DNA of 20,000 nucleotides, from positions 51,201 through 71,200 of the forward strand of contig ML992529.1 in assembly GCA_010093995.1 (NCBI GenBank). The letters run 5' to 3'. The translations under genes and the position numbers were made by a program. The DNA is from Elsinoe ampelina. Lineage: Eukaryota. Numbering within the stretch: the stretch's first letter is position 1; each line of letters opens with the position of its first letter. The notes below the pieces were generated by a model. It made no database searches. It had not been told where the DNA came from and worked only from the letters and a program-made list of their open reading frames with translations. Below are positions 1 through 10,201 of the stretch, piece after piece.

Positions 1-951
1 CGCACAGCATTGTTCTGACCATTCGTCGAGTAAACGCTGTTCCACATGTCTCTCAGCAAAGGCACACTCAATGTAGGAGCGAAGCTCAGACAGATGCTCC
101 CTGCAAAATAGGTATTAGTCCAATTTGTCTGGTAGTAAATGCACTTACCAGCAGCCGTCTCTACGAGCCTATCAACTTCATCCTTACTTAGTGCCTCCGA
201 TGCCTCGCTGAACGCGGACGACTGTCCTGAAGCAAGGAAGCCACTTGCACTGGGAATGTCGTCAATTTTTGCCACCATTTCCTTTAGTGATTCTAGAGCA
301 CCAGCCAGGTCGGAGTTCTGTAAGCGAGTGGAACTTTTCCCAATCACGTTTTCCACCAGACCGGTGGCGATCCTGGTGTGAGTATCATTGGTAGCGTCGG
401 GAATACTGAGACTCTCGGTGGCATGCATGGTGGTGGGCGATGAGGAGGCATCGGTTGAGTCTCGATCATGATACGTCGTGCTGGACCTACCAGAATTTGA
501 CTGCTCCTGCAACAGGCGCTCGATACTTTTCAGACGATCTTCGATCCGGTCAATCTTATTCTCGCTGGAGGTTGGGTCAGTCTTGACACGGGTGGCAAGT
601 CGAAGACGTGACCAACTATTGTTTTGTAATGATCACGCGTGACTTGGACTCGCCTGTCTGAGCCGTAGTCGTTCGACATACTGACAATGCTTCAGCTGCA
701 TGCATCGGGTCACCGGGGACGTACTTACTCATGCCACCACTTTTGCAATGTGAGCATGGTGAGCCTTTGTCACACCGCACCTTTCTGGCTCGGCAAGCAT
801 CACACTACCAGATCCAAGTCAGCGATGGGATTTGCATGCCGACTAGGTGCATGCTGAGGAAGGTCTACCAGCAGCATCGAATGAATGGAGAATATCTACT
901 TACAGCACGTTTCTGAGCTACGTCCGTCACCGACTCTTTCGTGTGAGCCAT
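1..951 (-). CDS. Zn(II)2Cys6 fungal transcription factor, 5' part (3' end lies outside the window)
   Basis: Spliced by hand: exons 951-904 (MAHTKESVTDVAQKRA), 804-729, 680-617, 564-149, 100-<1. Donors GTAAGT/GTTGGT, acceptors TAG/CAG. The join gives CDACRARKVRCDKGSPCSHCKSGGMIC (C-X2-C-X6-C-X5-C-X2-C-X6-C) followed by a coiled coil YENKIDRIEDRLKSIERLL. Frame stays open across all junctions. Absent from the ORF track. Confidence 0.9.
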
Positions 952-1176
952 GCAGAAGTCCTATGGCTGACAATCAGCCTTGCTGTGCACTATTCACATG
1001 GTTATGCATAATAGTAAGAAGGGAGAGGAATGACACGGCTGCGATGCGGCTCAACCCACCTCGGCCGAGTTCCGGCCTGCGTTTGCATTCAGCTCTGATA
1101 CTGTTCTTCGACAACAGCACCTCGTTGTCACCATTCTTCTTATCGCATATCGACATCCTCGACTGACATTACTCGG

Positions 1177-1600
1177 ATGGGAGCCTTCTCCGACGTCATC
1201 CATGTAAGCGCACCAGTCCACCGTATGTCTCCGTAATCATCACTAACACCGCCAGGCCCTCCTCATCCCCGCAGGCATAGCCATCGTCCTCTACCTCTCC
1301 CTCTCCTTCCTCATCCTCCCCGCCATACGACGCTACCGCAACCGCTACGACCAGTACATCCCTCTCCAACGGGTCTCCAACACAGTAGCAGCCAGCACGA
1401 GCACCCTCCGCGACAGACTGGCCGATGTGGTGACGCGGATAGCACTGCCTCACGTACGGGGACGGATGCTGGGGCGGACGATCGTGCAGCAGGGCAGGGA
1501 CGATTCCCTCGAAGACCTCTATGCGCTGGAAGAAGGGGAGGAGCTAGAAGACTTTATCGAGCGTGCGGAACATTCGGTGGATGAGAGCAGTGATGCGTGA
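1177..1600 (+). CDS. Small fungal single-pass membrane protein of unknown function (about 123 aa, 2 exons)
   Basis: Exon 1 1177-1203 (MGAFSDVIH); intron 1204-1255 (GTAAGC...CACTAAC...CAG); exon 2 1256-1600 reads ALLIPAGIAIVLYLSLSFLILPAIRRYRNRYDQYIPLQ...EEGEELEDFIERAEHSVDESSDA*. One hydrophobic helix, then a basic RRYRNRY stretch and an acidic tail. Confidence 0.8.
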
Positions 1601-1775
1601 CCCTTGATTCGCCCATACATGCTACACAGCGAGGCGTTTCCGGAGTAAAAACGAGTGGGTATCATGTTCCATGCTATGTACTATACTGTGCACTAGTCGT
1701 TGCTGTCCATTATCAATTCATACCGCCCGCTTCGTGCCCGTCGTCAATCGTTACATCTGGCCGTATACACAATTA

Positions 1776-3341
1776 TCAGGGTTTCTTGTACCAATACCCT
1801 GCCAGTTCTCGGTTCATCTTCCTCGGTGGCGGCGCTACGTCGTGGTCGCACTTGACTACCACCTGTGTTGGTCTGTCTTTGAGTGCTTGCAGCATTCTGT
1901 CGTGGTTTTCCGCTTGGGATGTCTGTAGTTTCTCGATCCGTTCGTCCATGAGTTTGTACATGTCCCGTTTGAGTCTGGCCATGTCCTTTGTGTGAGCAGC
2001 CTGCATCTCTTCGATCCTTTTCGTGACTATCGCATTGGAGTCCGGGAGTGCTTCCACAGAGCTCTGCATCTTGGAAACAATCTTATTGCTTGCCTTCTGC
2101 GATGATATCAAGCCTTGAAGCTGTGTCTGTTGCTGCTCGATCACTGTCTGCAGGCGCTGCATGCCACCTGCGCTGGGTGTGGGAGGTGATTTCTCGGGGC
2201 TGACAGGCTTCTGCCTCTCCGAAACTTGATCCAAAGACGACATGATGCGGTCGAGCTTGTGGTCGCCGGCGTGTTGGCGCTCAAGGATCGTCTGCACTCG
2301 ATCAGCTGTCTGCTTGCCGGAGAGTTTCGTGTCCTGGATCTCGAGGAGACTGACCCGCTGTGTTTCGGCCAGACCATCCAGGCGCCGGAATCCTTCCTCC
2401 ATTCGCCGTGTCATATTATCCATGCGATCGGTGTCGTCGGCTTGTCGCTCGAGGACAGTCCGGACATGGGAGGCATTTGTCTCAATCGCAGATCGCATGT
2501 TCTTGGTGCTGATGGCGCCCGCGGTATACTGAGTTGTGAGAGACTGGATCTGCATCATTGTCGACTCCAGCGCTTGGTGTAGTCTGTCCACGGAATCGGC
2601 GTACATCTGCTGCCTCTCAGCGAGCACATCGATGCGCAGGTTGGTTTGATTCATCATCATTTGCATGCGATCCAGTGTTGAGTTCAGTCCTGCCATATCG
2701 ATGGAGTTTTGGTTCGACCGAGGAGGTGTTGGCACCGTGAACGGGTCGTCTGGGAGGAGTGCCGGACTACGATGCATGTCTTTTGCTTGTGGTCCCTCGC
2801 CGATGGTGCCTAGTGATGGAGTTGATAGCATGCGCATTACTGTCCCTCTCTTGCCTGCGCGCCGCTGGCCGTTCAGAGGCTTCTCTGGTAATTCTGCTTC
2901 CTGAGAATGATTCTCCTTCTCGTCGAGCTGGCGGTAGGTCCATTTGTCCTTGAGGTGCGCAAAGCGCGGATTGTCCCATGCTCGGGCAGGTACCCGGTCG
3001 CTCTTGAACGAGAACAGTTGACTACTCTCGCGCACCGAGTCTGGAAACTCGTCTTGCATGAGCTTCCACCAATCTTGCGCCGCTTCGGCATCGACGAATG
3101 TGAGGAGATATCGGGCACGATTGATCTTGAGAGGGCTCGAGAAGGATCGAACGCGGCGCGCATAGGCTAGAAACGGGTGAGGAGGTCCTAGAGTATCGCC
3201 GTCGCTTGTGGTGAGGAACGAGTCTCGCTTGCTGTTCAATGTCTCGCTGCTTGGAGGAGTAGGTTCTTTGTCGACGGTGGGACGCGATGGAGTGCGCGGC
3301 ATCGTGGCCGTTGGCGTGTGTGTGTCGCCGTTTTCCGACAT
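1776..3341 (-). CDS. Hypothetical coiled-coil protein, 521 aa, with a possible PH-like N-terminal fragment
   Basis: Long uninterrupted ORF. Q/E/R/M-rich heptad-like region from about aa 215 to 490. N-terminal globular segment RYLLTFVDAEAAQDWWKLM resembles the end of a PH fold. Ends in PPPRKMNRELAGYWYKKP. A small intron near the N-terminus cannot be excluded. Confidence 0.75.
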   Translation of the reverse strand: MSENGDTHTPTATMPRTPSRPTVDKEPTPPSSETLNSKRDSFLTTSDGDTLGPPHPFLAYARRVRSFSSPLKINRARYLLTFVDAEAAQDWWKLMQDEFPDSVRESSQLFSFKSDRVPARAWDNPRFAHLKDKWTYRQLDEKENHSQEAELPEKPLNGQRRAGKRGTVMRMLSTPSLGTIGEGPQAKDMHRSPALLPDDPFTVPTPPRSNQNSIDMAGLNSTLDRMQMMMNQTNLRIDVLAERQQMYADSVDRLHQALESTMMQIQSLTTQYTAGAISTKNMRSAIETNASHVRTVLERQADDTDRMDNMTRRMEEGFRRLDGLAETQRVSLLEIQDTKLSGKQTADRVQTILERQHAGDHKLDRIMSSLDQVSERQKPVSPEKSPPTPSAGGMQRLQTVIEQQQTQLQGLISSQKASNKIVSKMQSSVEALPDSNAIVTKRIEEMQAAHTKDMARLKRDMYKLMDERIEKLQTSQAENHDRMLQALKDRPTQVVVKCDHDVAPPPRKMNRELAGYWYKKP

Positions 3342-4253
3342 GGCTAATTACATGATATGTGCGATATATACAAGTGGGTCCAAAGCAAGGAAACGACGGG
3401 AGGTACTAGAGCGACGACATCATCAGGCCAGTCGCTTGACAGCGCATACAGACATCATGATCAGAGGCGGGCACGGAAAAAACATGCTAAAGAGCTGTAG
3501 CCCGTGTCTGCAGAGGTCTCGTCACGCCCCAAAACAGGAAACATGCTATGACCTTGCCTGATCGAGTTAGGGCGAGGTTATGGTTGTTTTTTTAATTTCT
3601 GCAAGGGACTCTGTACCGCTCTTTGACATGTCCTTGACAACTTCATCTCTTTGCAGCCACAAGACCCAAATTTTATCACAATACCAAGCTTTCTCGACTC
3701 TGTCTCCTCCCGTGTGGCTACCATGACCTGTGGTCTTCATTTCTTGCATGCCTCGGAGGTTCCTTAGCAGACATTGATACGCATCAGTAGTGACTCGTCC
3801 CGTGTACCCCCACACAGACGTCACTTGTCCTCGGAGCTTTTCGGGGCAGCCATGGCGGACTAGTTAGCTTGTTATACGTCGGGCGAGTGAGTGAGCATAC
3901 CTACAGTACTGAGCAGATTGATGGTCCAGGAGCGATCAAAGACTTACTTGACTGTCAACGAGCCTGAAGAGCTGCGCAACAAGTTGCCTCACAGGCCAGA
4001 TGTTGCAGGCAATACCATTGCTTGCGAGCGAAGGGACTGGTTAGGTGGCAGATACATCAGCTGTGTCCGGGACATGGAGGAGCTGATGAGCAGGAAGGAG
4101 GAGATTTTGTCTAGTAACAAGTTGAAAATTTGTATGGTATTTCAACGTCTTCCTCTGTGATAATCATGGCCTTGGCCATGGTGAAACCGGTAGGTATTCG
4201 AAGTTTGCTGCATTGTGGCCAACTGACCTGGCAGTGATAGTGTCTGTCCTTCT

Positions 4254-5588
4254 TTATTCTCTTCTCATGCTAATCAACGGTAAGCCGACCGTGGCTCGTG
4301 CCCACTGTAGTGCACTGTCCCATTCGCTCCCCTTCCTCCCCTTCAGCTTGTGTGAGATGTCATCCACCACCCTCGTGCTCACAAATCGTGCCCACCACGC
4401 CAACTTCATCTCGTTCAGCACGACTCCCCAATGCAGCAGAATCATCAGAGCTGATTGATTGTCATCTTCAATATCCTCGACAAAGGACCAACCAGCCCAA
4501 GCAAGTAGAGCGAGACACATGATTGGTTCCTCTTCGATCGACCTGAACAGCCAGTCGACAGCATCTCTGTGCGCTTTTGCTCGCGCGTCCTGCACATTTC
4601 CTGCTTGGATCTCAGCCTCAGCCATGGCTCGAAGCTCGCATAGAGGCTGCGAGAGCTTCTTCTTGCTGGCTTGCTGCCAGTCGTCCACCATTGGAGTTCG
4701 TGTATTCTTTGCTGCAAACGGGCTGTTCTCAATGTGACCTTGGCCACTTCTGACCAGCTGTGTTATGATCATGACTTGTTGAAATGACACGAGCACACCC
4801 TGAATTGGCGTGGCAGGGACATCACTTGGCGCGCTCGAGAGCTGAGGTGAGACCATGGAAAAAGTCATGTTGAGGATACTGAAGAGGTAGAGAGCATCAT
4901 AGTTCTCGCTCGATGCATTGGCGGCAGCTGCCCGGGCGGCTGACGTGGCAGCATCCTGATACTGTAAAGCCCGCTTCACGTACTGTATCGAGACTGTCCG
5001 GTCCTCGTTTTCTGCGCCCAGCTGTAAGCTTGACAACCCTAGGATCATGTCCATCAAAAAGTTGTGCTTGAAGGCTATATCCGTGGCGGATCCCAGCCAA
5101 ACTGGAATGTCCGTCTCGACACGGACCGCGCTGAGATGGGTTCTAGTGCACCATTGTCGCATGAGCTCGAGGTCTACATTGCGATCATAGGTGAAGGCGG
5201 ACAAATTCAACGACCTGAGCGAAGGAAGGTTGTGTCCATTATTGTCCTGCTGGACGGGCGCGCGCAGAGGCGACGGAGCTCCTTCTTGGGTAGCTACCAG
5301 TCCTGAGGCCATACTATCCACAGGTACCGCCGGTTTCGCATTGGTCCCGGTGCTCGGATCTGCGTGTACTGCTGTGGCGGGCGGTGGGGATCTCGCAGAA
5401 GGTGTGGCAGATGCAGGTCGTCCGATATAGAAGCACTGACTTTCGGCTTTTCGTACTTGACAATTGACACACGGGGGACCTTGCTCGTCACATTTGACTC
5501 GTCTCCTCTTGCAAGGAACGCAGCCGTTTCGTGATTTGGAGTGAGGTTTCCTGGTCTGGGCCCTGGTAGGTGGCGTCGGTGTGCTCAT
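4254..5588 (-). CDS. Zn(II)2Cys6 transcription factor, UPC2/Ecm22-like family
   Basis: RKPHSKSRNGCVPCKRRRVKCDEQGPPCVNCQVRKAESQCFY zinc cluster, with C-terminal motifs typical of the family (DLELMRQW, FLMDMILGLSSLQL, ALMILLHWGVVL, WWA, WARATVG). First ATG is at 5588; the ORF-track start at 5612 is not an ATG. Confidence 0.88.
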   Translation of the reverse strand: MSTPTPPTRAQTRKPHSKSRNGCVPCKRRRVKCDEQGPPCVNCQVRKAESQCFYIGRPASATPSARSPPPATAVHADPSTGTNAKPAVPVDSMASGLVATQEGAPSPLRAPVQQDNNGHNLPSLRSLNLSAFTYDRNVDLELMRQWCTRTHLSAVRVETDIPVWLGSATDIAFKHNFLMDMILGLSSLQLGAENEDRTVSIQYVKRALQYQDAATSAARAAAANASSENYDALYLFSILNMTFSMVSPQLSSAPSDVPATPIQGVLVSFQQVMIITQLVRSGQGHIENSPFAAKNTRTPMVDDWQQASKKKLSQPLCELRAMAEAEIQAGNVQDARAKAHRDAVDWLFRSIEEEPIMCLALLAWAGWSFVEDIEDDNQSALMILLHWGVVLNEMKLAWWARFVSTRVVDDISHKLKGRKGSEWDSALQWARATVGLPLISMRRE

Positions 5589-6341
5589 GGCGGACGCAGC
5601 ATGATTGATCAAAGCTTGGAGAGTCGTTTACGCCACACCGGTCCCGATTTACCTGATGAATGTTGAGATAGACATGGTTGGCCGAAATGAGAGGCTGATG
5701 ATGGCGAATTATCCTCAGCTCGCGTAGTAAGTCCAGTCGGAACGGCGTGACCAATGCTCCTGCTTCGGCTGGGGACAAAAATGATCCATATGAAAAATCC
5801 CTAGTTATGGATGTACTGATTATATTGATGTATCACCAGTAGACTGCGGCTGTATGCGGATCTGGAAATGTGGTTGATGTTGTGCATCTGGGAATCATGA
5901 TCGGCCGATGCCGGCAAGACGATGGAAGATGCAGCGGAACATCAGACAACCACACAATTGCTGTACAAGCGGTAATTAATATTGGTCCTATTATCTTACC
6001 ACCTCTGTCATTTCTGTAATCATCTGCTGACCGTGGAGTTCCTGTATCCGTGTAATTATGCAAAAGGTGGTCTTGAACTCCTTGCCAGTCTTCTTGTCCT
6101 TGTTCAAGACAATGCTATGGTTTGCAATCACTCCATTCTTGCTCTCTTCAGGAGTCTGCCTTTGCGAACTTCTTGTCAAGGTTGGTGGAGCTTTATGTGT
6201 TTTGATAACTGACTGTTCTTGGTGGTCCACCGGAGCAATTGGCTTGCCGACACTAGGGCAAGACCGCGGTGTCTGACTAAGATACAGGGCTTCTATACAG
6301 GCAGAGACCACGACCATTGTTGCCAGGTCTCGCCATCTGAG

Positions 6342-6380
6342 TGGAATTACTAGTTGGAACTACTAGATGGAACTACTAGA
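6342..6380. repeat. 13-bp tandem repeat, 3 copies
   Basis: tggaattactagt / tggaactactaga / tggaactactaga, in the divergent intergenic region between the UPC2-like factor and the permease. Confidence 0.8.
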
Positions 6381-6930
6381 CCAACCATGCTCGAGACAGT
6401 CCAAGACATATTCGTCAGGCAGAGACTTGGAGCAGCATGTTTTCATATCGGAAGAACGTCGTTCTCTTTGATGTTGGTAGTGGAGCATGCGTAATACCAG
6501 CCTTAGTGGAGCAGAATTACTACAGCTGCAGTTCCAGGATGCCTAGGTCGCGGCGCTGTGTCTGGTATGCAGAGCAATATGCTTGACGCCGCAATCATGA
6601 AGCTGGTCAGTAGCGCTAGAAATATAAAATCTTCACCGCAGGTAGTATAACAAGGAATGCCATCAGCCATTGCGTATCATCGTAAGATGTCTAGTGCATG
6701 AGCGTAGAAGTAAGAACTAAGCCGCGCTTTAGATTTCCAAACTGACCCGGACCTCTTCGGCCACTCTGCACTCTGATTGGCTGCACATCTCCTGACCAAA
6801 ACAGCATCATCTCTCTTTTCATGTCCAAGGATCGCATCTCCCAAGACCTCGAGCTATTCAAACATATTTCTACCACCACGTTCCCCCTTCCGCGGCCATG
6901 GAATCGATATGACCCACCATCTCACCTTCA

Positions 6931-8724
6931 ATGGCCCGCTACAGCACACTGGGCGCGGGCGCCCCCACCACCACCAATCGCGACTCGCTCGAACTAGCAT
7001 CCCTAGCCTCCTCAAGCGGTAGTCCACGCTTGTCCGTCTCTTCCTCTCGCTCCGGCGCACCCTCCTCGCGGAAACTGTCCCTCGACACCTCCCCCAACGA
7101 TGCTCGACCCCTCGCCAACCGCCGCTCCTTCTCCGTCTCTTCTGCTTTCGACTTCGCGCCCAACCTCTTCCCCCTCTCCACCTCAGGAGCAGGCTACACA
7201 GCCATCGGCGCGCCCACCGCCGCGGGACCTGAAGCCGGCGGCGGCCTGGAGAAACACAAGAGCTTGACGTTCCTCAATGGCATGAGCTTGATCATCGGCC
7301 TGATCATCGGGTCGGGCATCTTCTCTTCGCCGGCGCAGGTGAACAAGAATGCGGGATCGCCTGGGGCGGCGCTGATCGTGTGGACAATAGCGGGGACATT
7401 GGCGTGGACGGGGGCGGCGAGCTATGCAGAACTTGGAGGGGCGTTGCCTTTGAGTGGAGGCCCCGCGGTGTATTTGAGCAAGATTTATGGGGAGTGGGCC
7501 GGGTTCTTGTTCACGTGGGTCGCGGTCACGGTGTTGAAACCTGGGTCGGCGGCCATCATTGCAATCATCTTTGGGGAGTACATTGTCAGGGCAGTCGTGG
7601 GGCCGGATGCGATGGAGGTGAGTCCGTGGTTGAACAAGGGAGTTGCGTTTGGGGGTTTGGCTGTCGCGACGTTGGTGAACTGCGTTTCGACCAAGATGGC
7701 GACGAGGAGCACGGATTTGTTGCTGGTCTTGAAGTTTGTGGCCCTGATTGGGGTGGGAGTGCTTGGTTTGGTGGTGTCAGTCACTGGATTCAGCTACAAG
7801 GGGCAGGCGAGTAAAAATTGGAAGAATATTGGATGGTTTGAGGGTACGAGTCACGATACCAGCGAGTGGGCGGTGGCGTTGTACGCAGGACTTTGGGCAT
7901 ACGATGGGTGGGACAACACCAACTATGTCACGGGAGAATTCATCAACCCTCGACGAGACCTTCCAAGGACGATACACACATCGCTGGCTATGGTAATTGT
8001 TTCTTATCTTCTGGCAAATGTCTCTTACCTTTTGGTCTTACCGATACACACTATCAACTCGTCCAATACGGTCGCAGTCACGTTCGGCCAACAAGTGTTT
8101 GGACCAGTTGGTGCTATTTCTTTTGCCTTGGTAGTGTCGTTATCATGCTATGGAAGTCTGGCGGCCACGACTTTTACGAGCTCGAGACTGGTGTATGCGG
8201 CATCGAGAGAAGGACTGCTGCCTTCGTGGTTTCAAAGACTGGGCTGGAGCAAAGACACCGCCGTGCGCTTACCAATGAGGACGAATCAGATGTCCAAGGC
8301 AGCGAAACTCTTCGCCGATGACGCTGGCTTCTTCTACACGCCGATCCTGGCCACCGTCCTCAATGCCGCCATCACAGCTGGGTACATCATTGTTGGAGAT
8401 TTTAGCACCCTCACCACCTTCTACGGCGTGGCAGGCTACACCTTCTACTTCTTCACGGTGCTCGGTTTGATCGTGCTGCGGGTGAGGGAGCCGGAACTCG
8501 ACAGACCATACAGGTGCTGGATCTCGACACCTGTCATCTTCTGCGCCGTCAGCATCTTCCTGCTGAGCCGGGCCGTCTTTGCGCAGCCGCTGCAGACCAT
8601 GATTGTAGTGGCCTTTATCATCGCAGGTGTGCCGCTGTACTGTCTTAGGATTTACTCTTCTGGGAGGCGTGGTCGAAGAGAAGGGCCTGACTGGAAGTTT
8701 TGGAAGCGATGGGGACGGTCATGA
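6931..8724 (+). CDS. APC-superfamily amino-acid permease, LAT/Mup1-like subfamily
   Basis: 597-aa intronless ORF with about 12 hydrophobic segments and signature motifs IIGSGIFSSP, SYAELG, GLWAYDGW, EFINPRRDLPR, SRLVYAASREG and LRVREPELDRPYR. Confidence 0.93.
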   Translation: MARYSTLGAGAPTTTNRDSLELASLASSSGSPRLSVSSSRSGAPSSRKLSLDTSPNDARPLANRRSFSVSSAFDFAPNLFPLSTSGAGYTAIGAPTAAGPEAGGGLEKHKSLTFLNGMSLIIGLIIGSGIFSSPAQVNKNAGSPGAALIVWTIAGTLAWTGAASYAELGGALPLSGGPAVYLSKIYGEWAGFLFTWVAVTVLKPGSAAIIAIIFGEYIVRAVVGPDAMEVSPWLNKGVAFGGLAVATLVNCVSTKMATRSTDLLLVLKFVALIGVGVLGLVVSVTGFSYKGQASKNWKNIGWFEGTSHDTSEWAVALYAGLWAYDGWDNTNYVTGEFINPRRDLPRTIHTSLAMVIVSYLLANVSYLLVLPIHTINSSNTVAVTFGQQVFGPVGAISFALVVSLSCYGSLAATTFTSSRLVYAASREGLLPSWFQRLGWSKDTAVRLPMRTNQMSKAAKLFADDAGFFYTPILATVLNAAITAGYIIVGDFSTLTTFYGVAGYTFYFFTVLGLIVLRVREPELDRPYRCWISTPVIFCAVSIFLLSRAVFAQPLQTMIVVAFIIAGVPLYCLRIYSSGRRGRREGPDWKFWKRWGRS

Positions 8725-10037
8725 AGATTACAATTGTTGTTTGCATAGCCTAGGGTAGGGTAGCATTGGATATCGGAACATTGCTGACCAATCAATTTTG
8801 TAAAATGCCTGGAGCATTTTCTGCTCTGAGCCAATGATTGTGCTGAGCGAGCGTGTCGTACAAAGAACAAGGCTCGTTACAAGAAAAGATGACTGTAGCC
8901 AGCGAGGATACTCGATGCTTCTTCAAGCTTGCTCCTGCTCGGTACTGCACCTATGCCGAAAATACCATGCTCGAAATAGAGGAAAGTGTATTGAATCGAT
9001 CCAATCAGAGAACCAAGACGGTGTCTACTGTAAAGGGAGATGTAGGTATTTTTGGACGCCGTACGCGTAGACAAGGGATCTCTGGCGAATACGATTGCCT
9101 TTCATAGCCCTGCCGCGGTGTTGGTTCCTCCGTTTGTGTCTCCAGCTGAACGGGAGCTTTCTTTCAAGGGAAAAATCAGGTCAGGATCGAGGTCAGGGCT
9201 GAAAACACACGTGCTCCGGCACCAACACCCTTCCCTGCACCGAGTCACGTTTACTGTATGTTGACGAGCAGTGTTGTTGCCTGCCACTATCGTCTAGCTA
9301 GAGACGGATCACAATTGCTCCGTCTGGTAGTACTATCGCGAGCAAGCAATGGCGATCCGATAATTGTTGTCACCCTCCTAGTCATCAGCGAATGCAACAA
9401 GGACATGGTCAAATGTACTTACTGCACCCATCAGAACGGCACCGGCATCAAGCATTACCCATGTTAGTCAAAACCGTGCGCTCCATGTCAGACACCAATT
9501 CCAATCAACGGGCCAGACGCAGGTACAGTACTCGTGTACCTTTTGGCTAACCAATCCAATCAGCTGGATCAGGCGACCGCTGCTGAGCCCATCATGCCCA
9601 TGACAGGCAGAATGACAGATGCGGCTGCATGATGATGGGCCAACTTATTATCTGACTCCATCAAAGGGACAAACACTACTACGACCTCACTTTGTCCAGT
9701 GGCAGTGCTTCCTTCAATTACACTTTACTCATCTCCATCAGCTCACGGATGCCTCGGACCATATCAGCCTTATTGCCTGACCTCGTGTCCCCAATCGAGA
9801 CATGTTCTTGCTGTTTTCCCTCTATAGGTCGGTTGTCTGCGGCCTCCCGAGCATGAGTCCCCTAGGCTACCAATGACTCTTGACACCGATTTTAGCACCG
9901 CCTGTGGTCCTTCACACGCTCGTTCTGCGTCAGAGGGTCAGCTAATCTTATTCATCCTTCGCATTGTCGTTGTTCTAGAAGGTTGTGTCTGCCTTGTCAC
10001 CGTCTGAGAGACAAGTGTGATTGGTGCCTGAGCAAGG

Positions 10038-10201
10038 CATATAAGGTGGCGTATATCTCTCTCATTCTTCTCGTTCTTCATCATCACCATCAAACACATC
10101 TTCCGTATAGCATCACTACCGCTACCGTCTACCACTACCAGTCAGACCAACCAACCATATCCCCAACAATACACCACCACACAAACATCACAACATCAAC
10201 A
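10038..10201 (+). promoter_or_regulatory. Putative core promoter and 5' UTR of the GRGGYN-repeat gene
   Basis: CATATAAG TATA-like element at 10038-10045, then a CT-rich tract, then a CA-rich G-poor leader ending in CAACATCAACA-ATG-G. This layout is typical of strongly expressed ascomycete genes. Confidence 0.55.

Noticed and set aside
5833..6317. 108-aa and 76-aa minus-strand ORFs
   Set aside because: No recognisable domain and no supported exon structure.
8725..9980. Hidden RiPP tailoring gene (for example DUF3328 with HXXHC motifs) upstream of the repeat gene
   Set aside because: Only short ORFs with no recognisable motif and no coherent exon chain; treated as intergenic or promoter sequence containing several CCAAT boxes.
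9983..10201. N-terminal extension of the GRGGYN ORF with a hydrophobic stretch and a His run, as a possible signal peptide
   Set aside because: It starts at a non-ATG codon, has no in-frame ATG before 10202, and overlaps the TATA, CT-rich and CA-rich leader, so it is better explained as promoter and 5' UTR.
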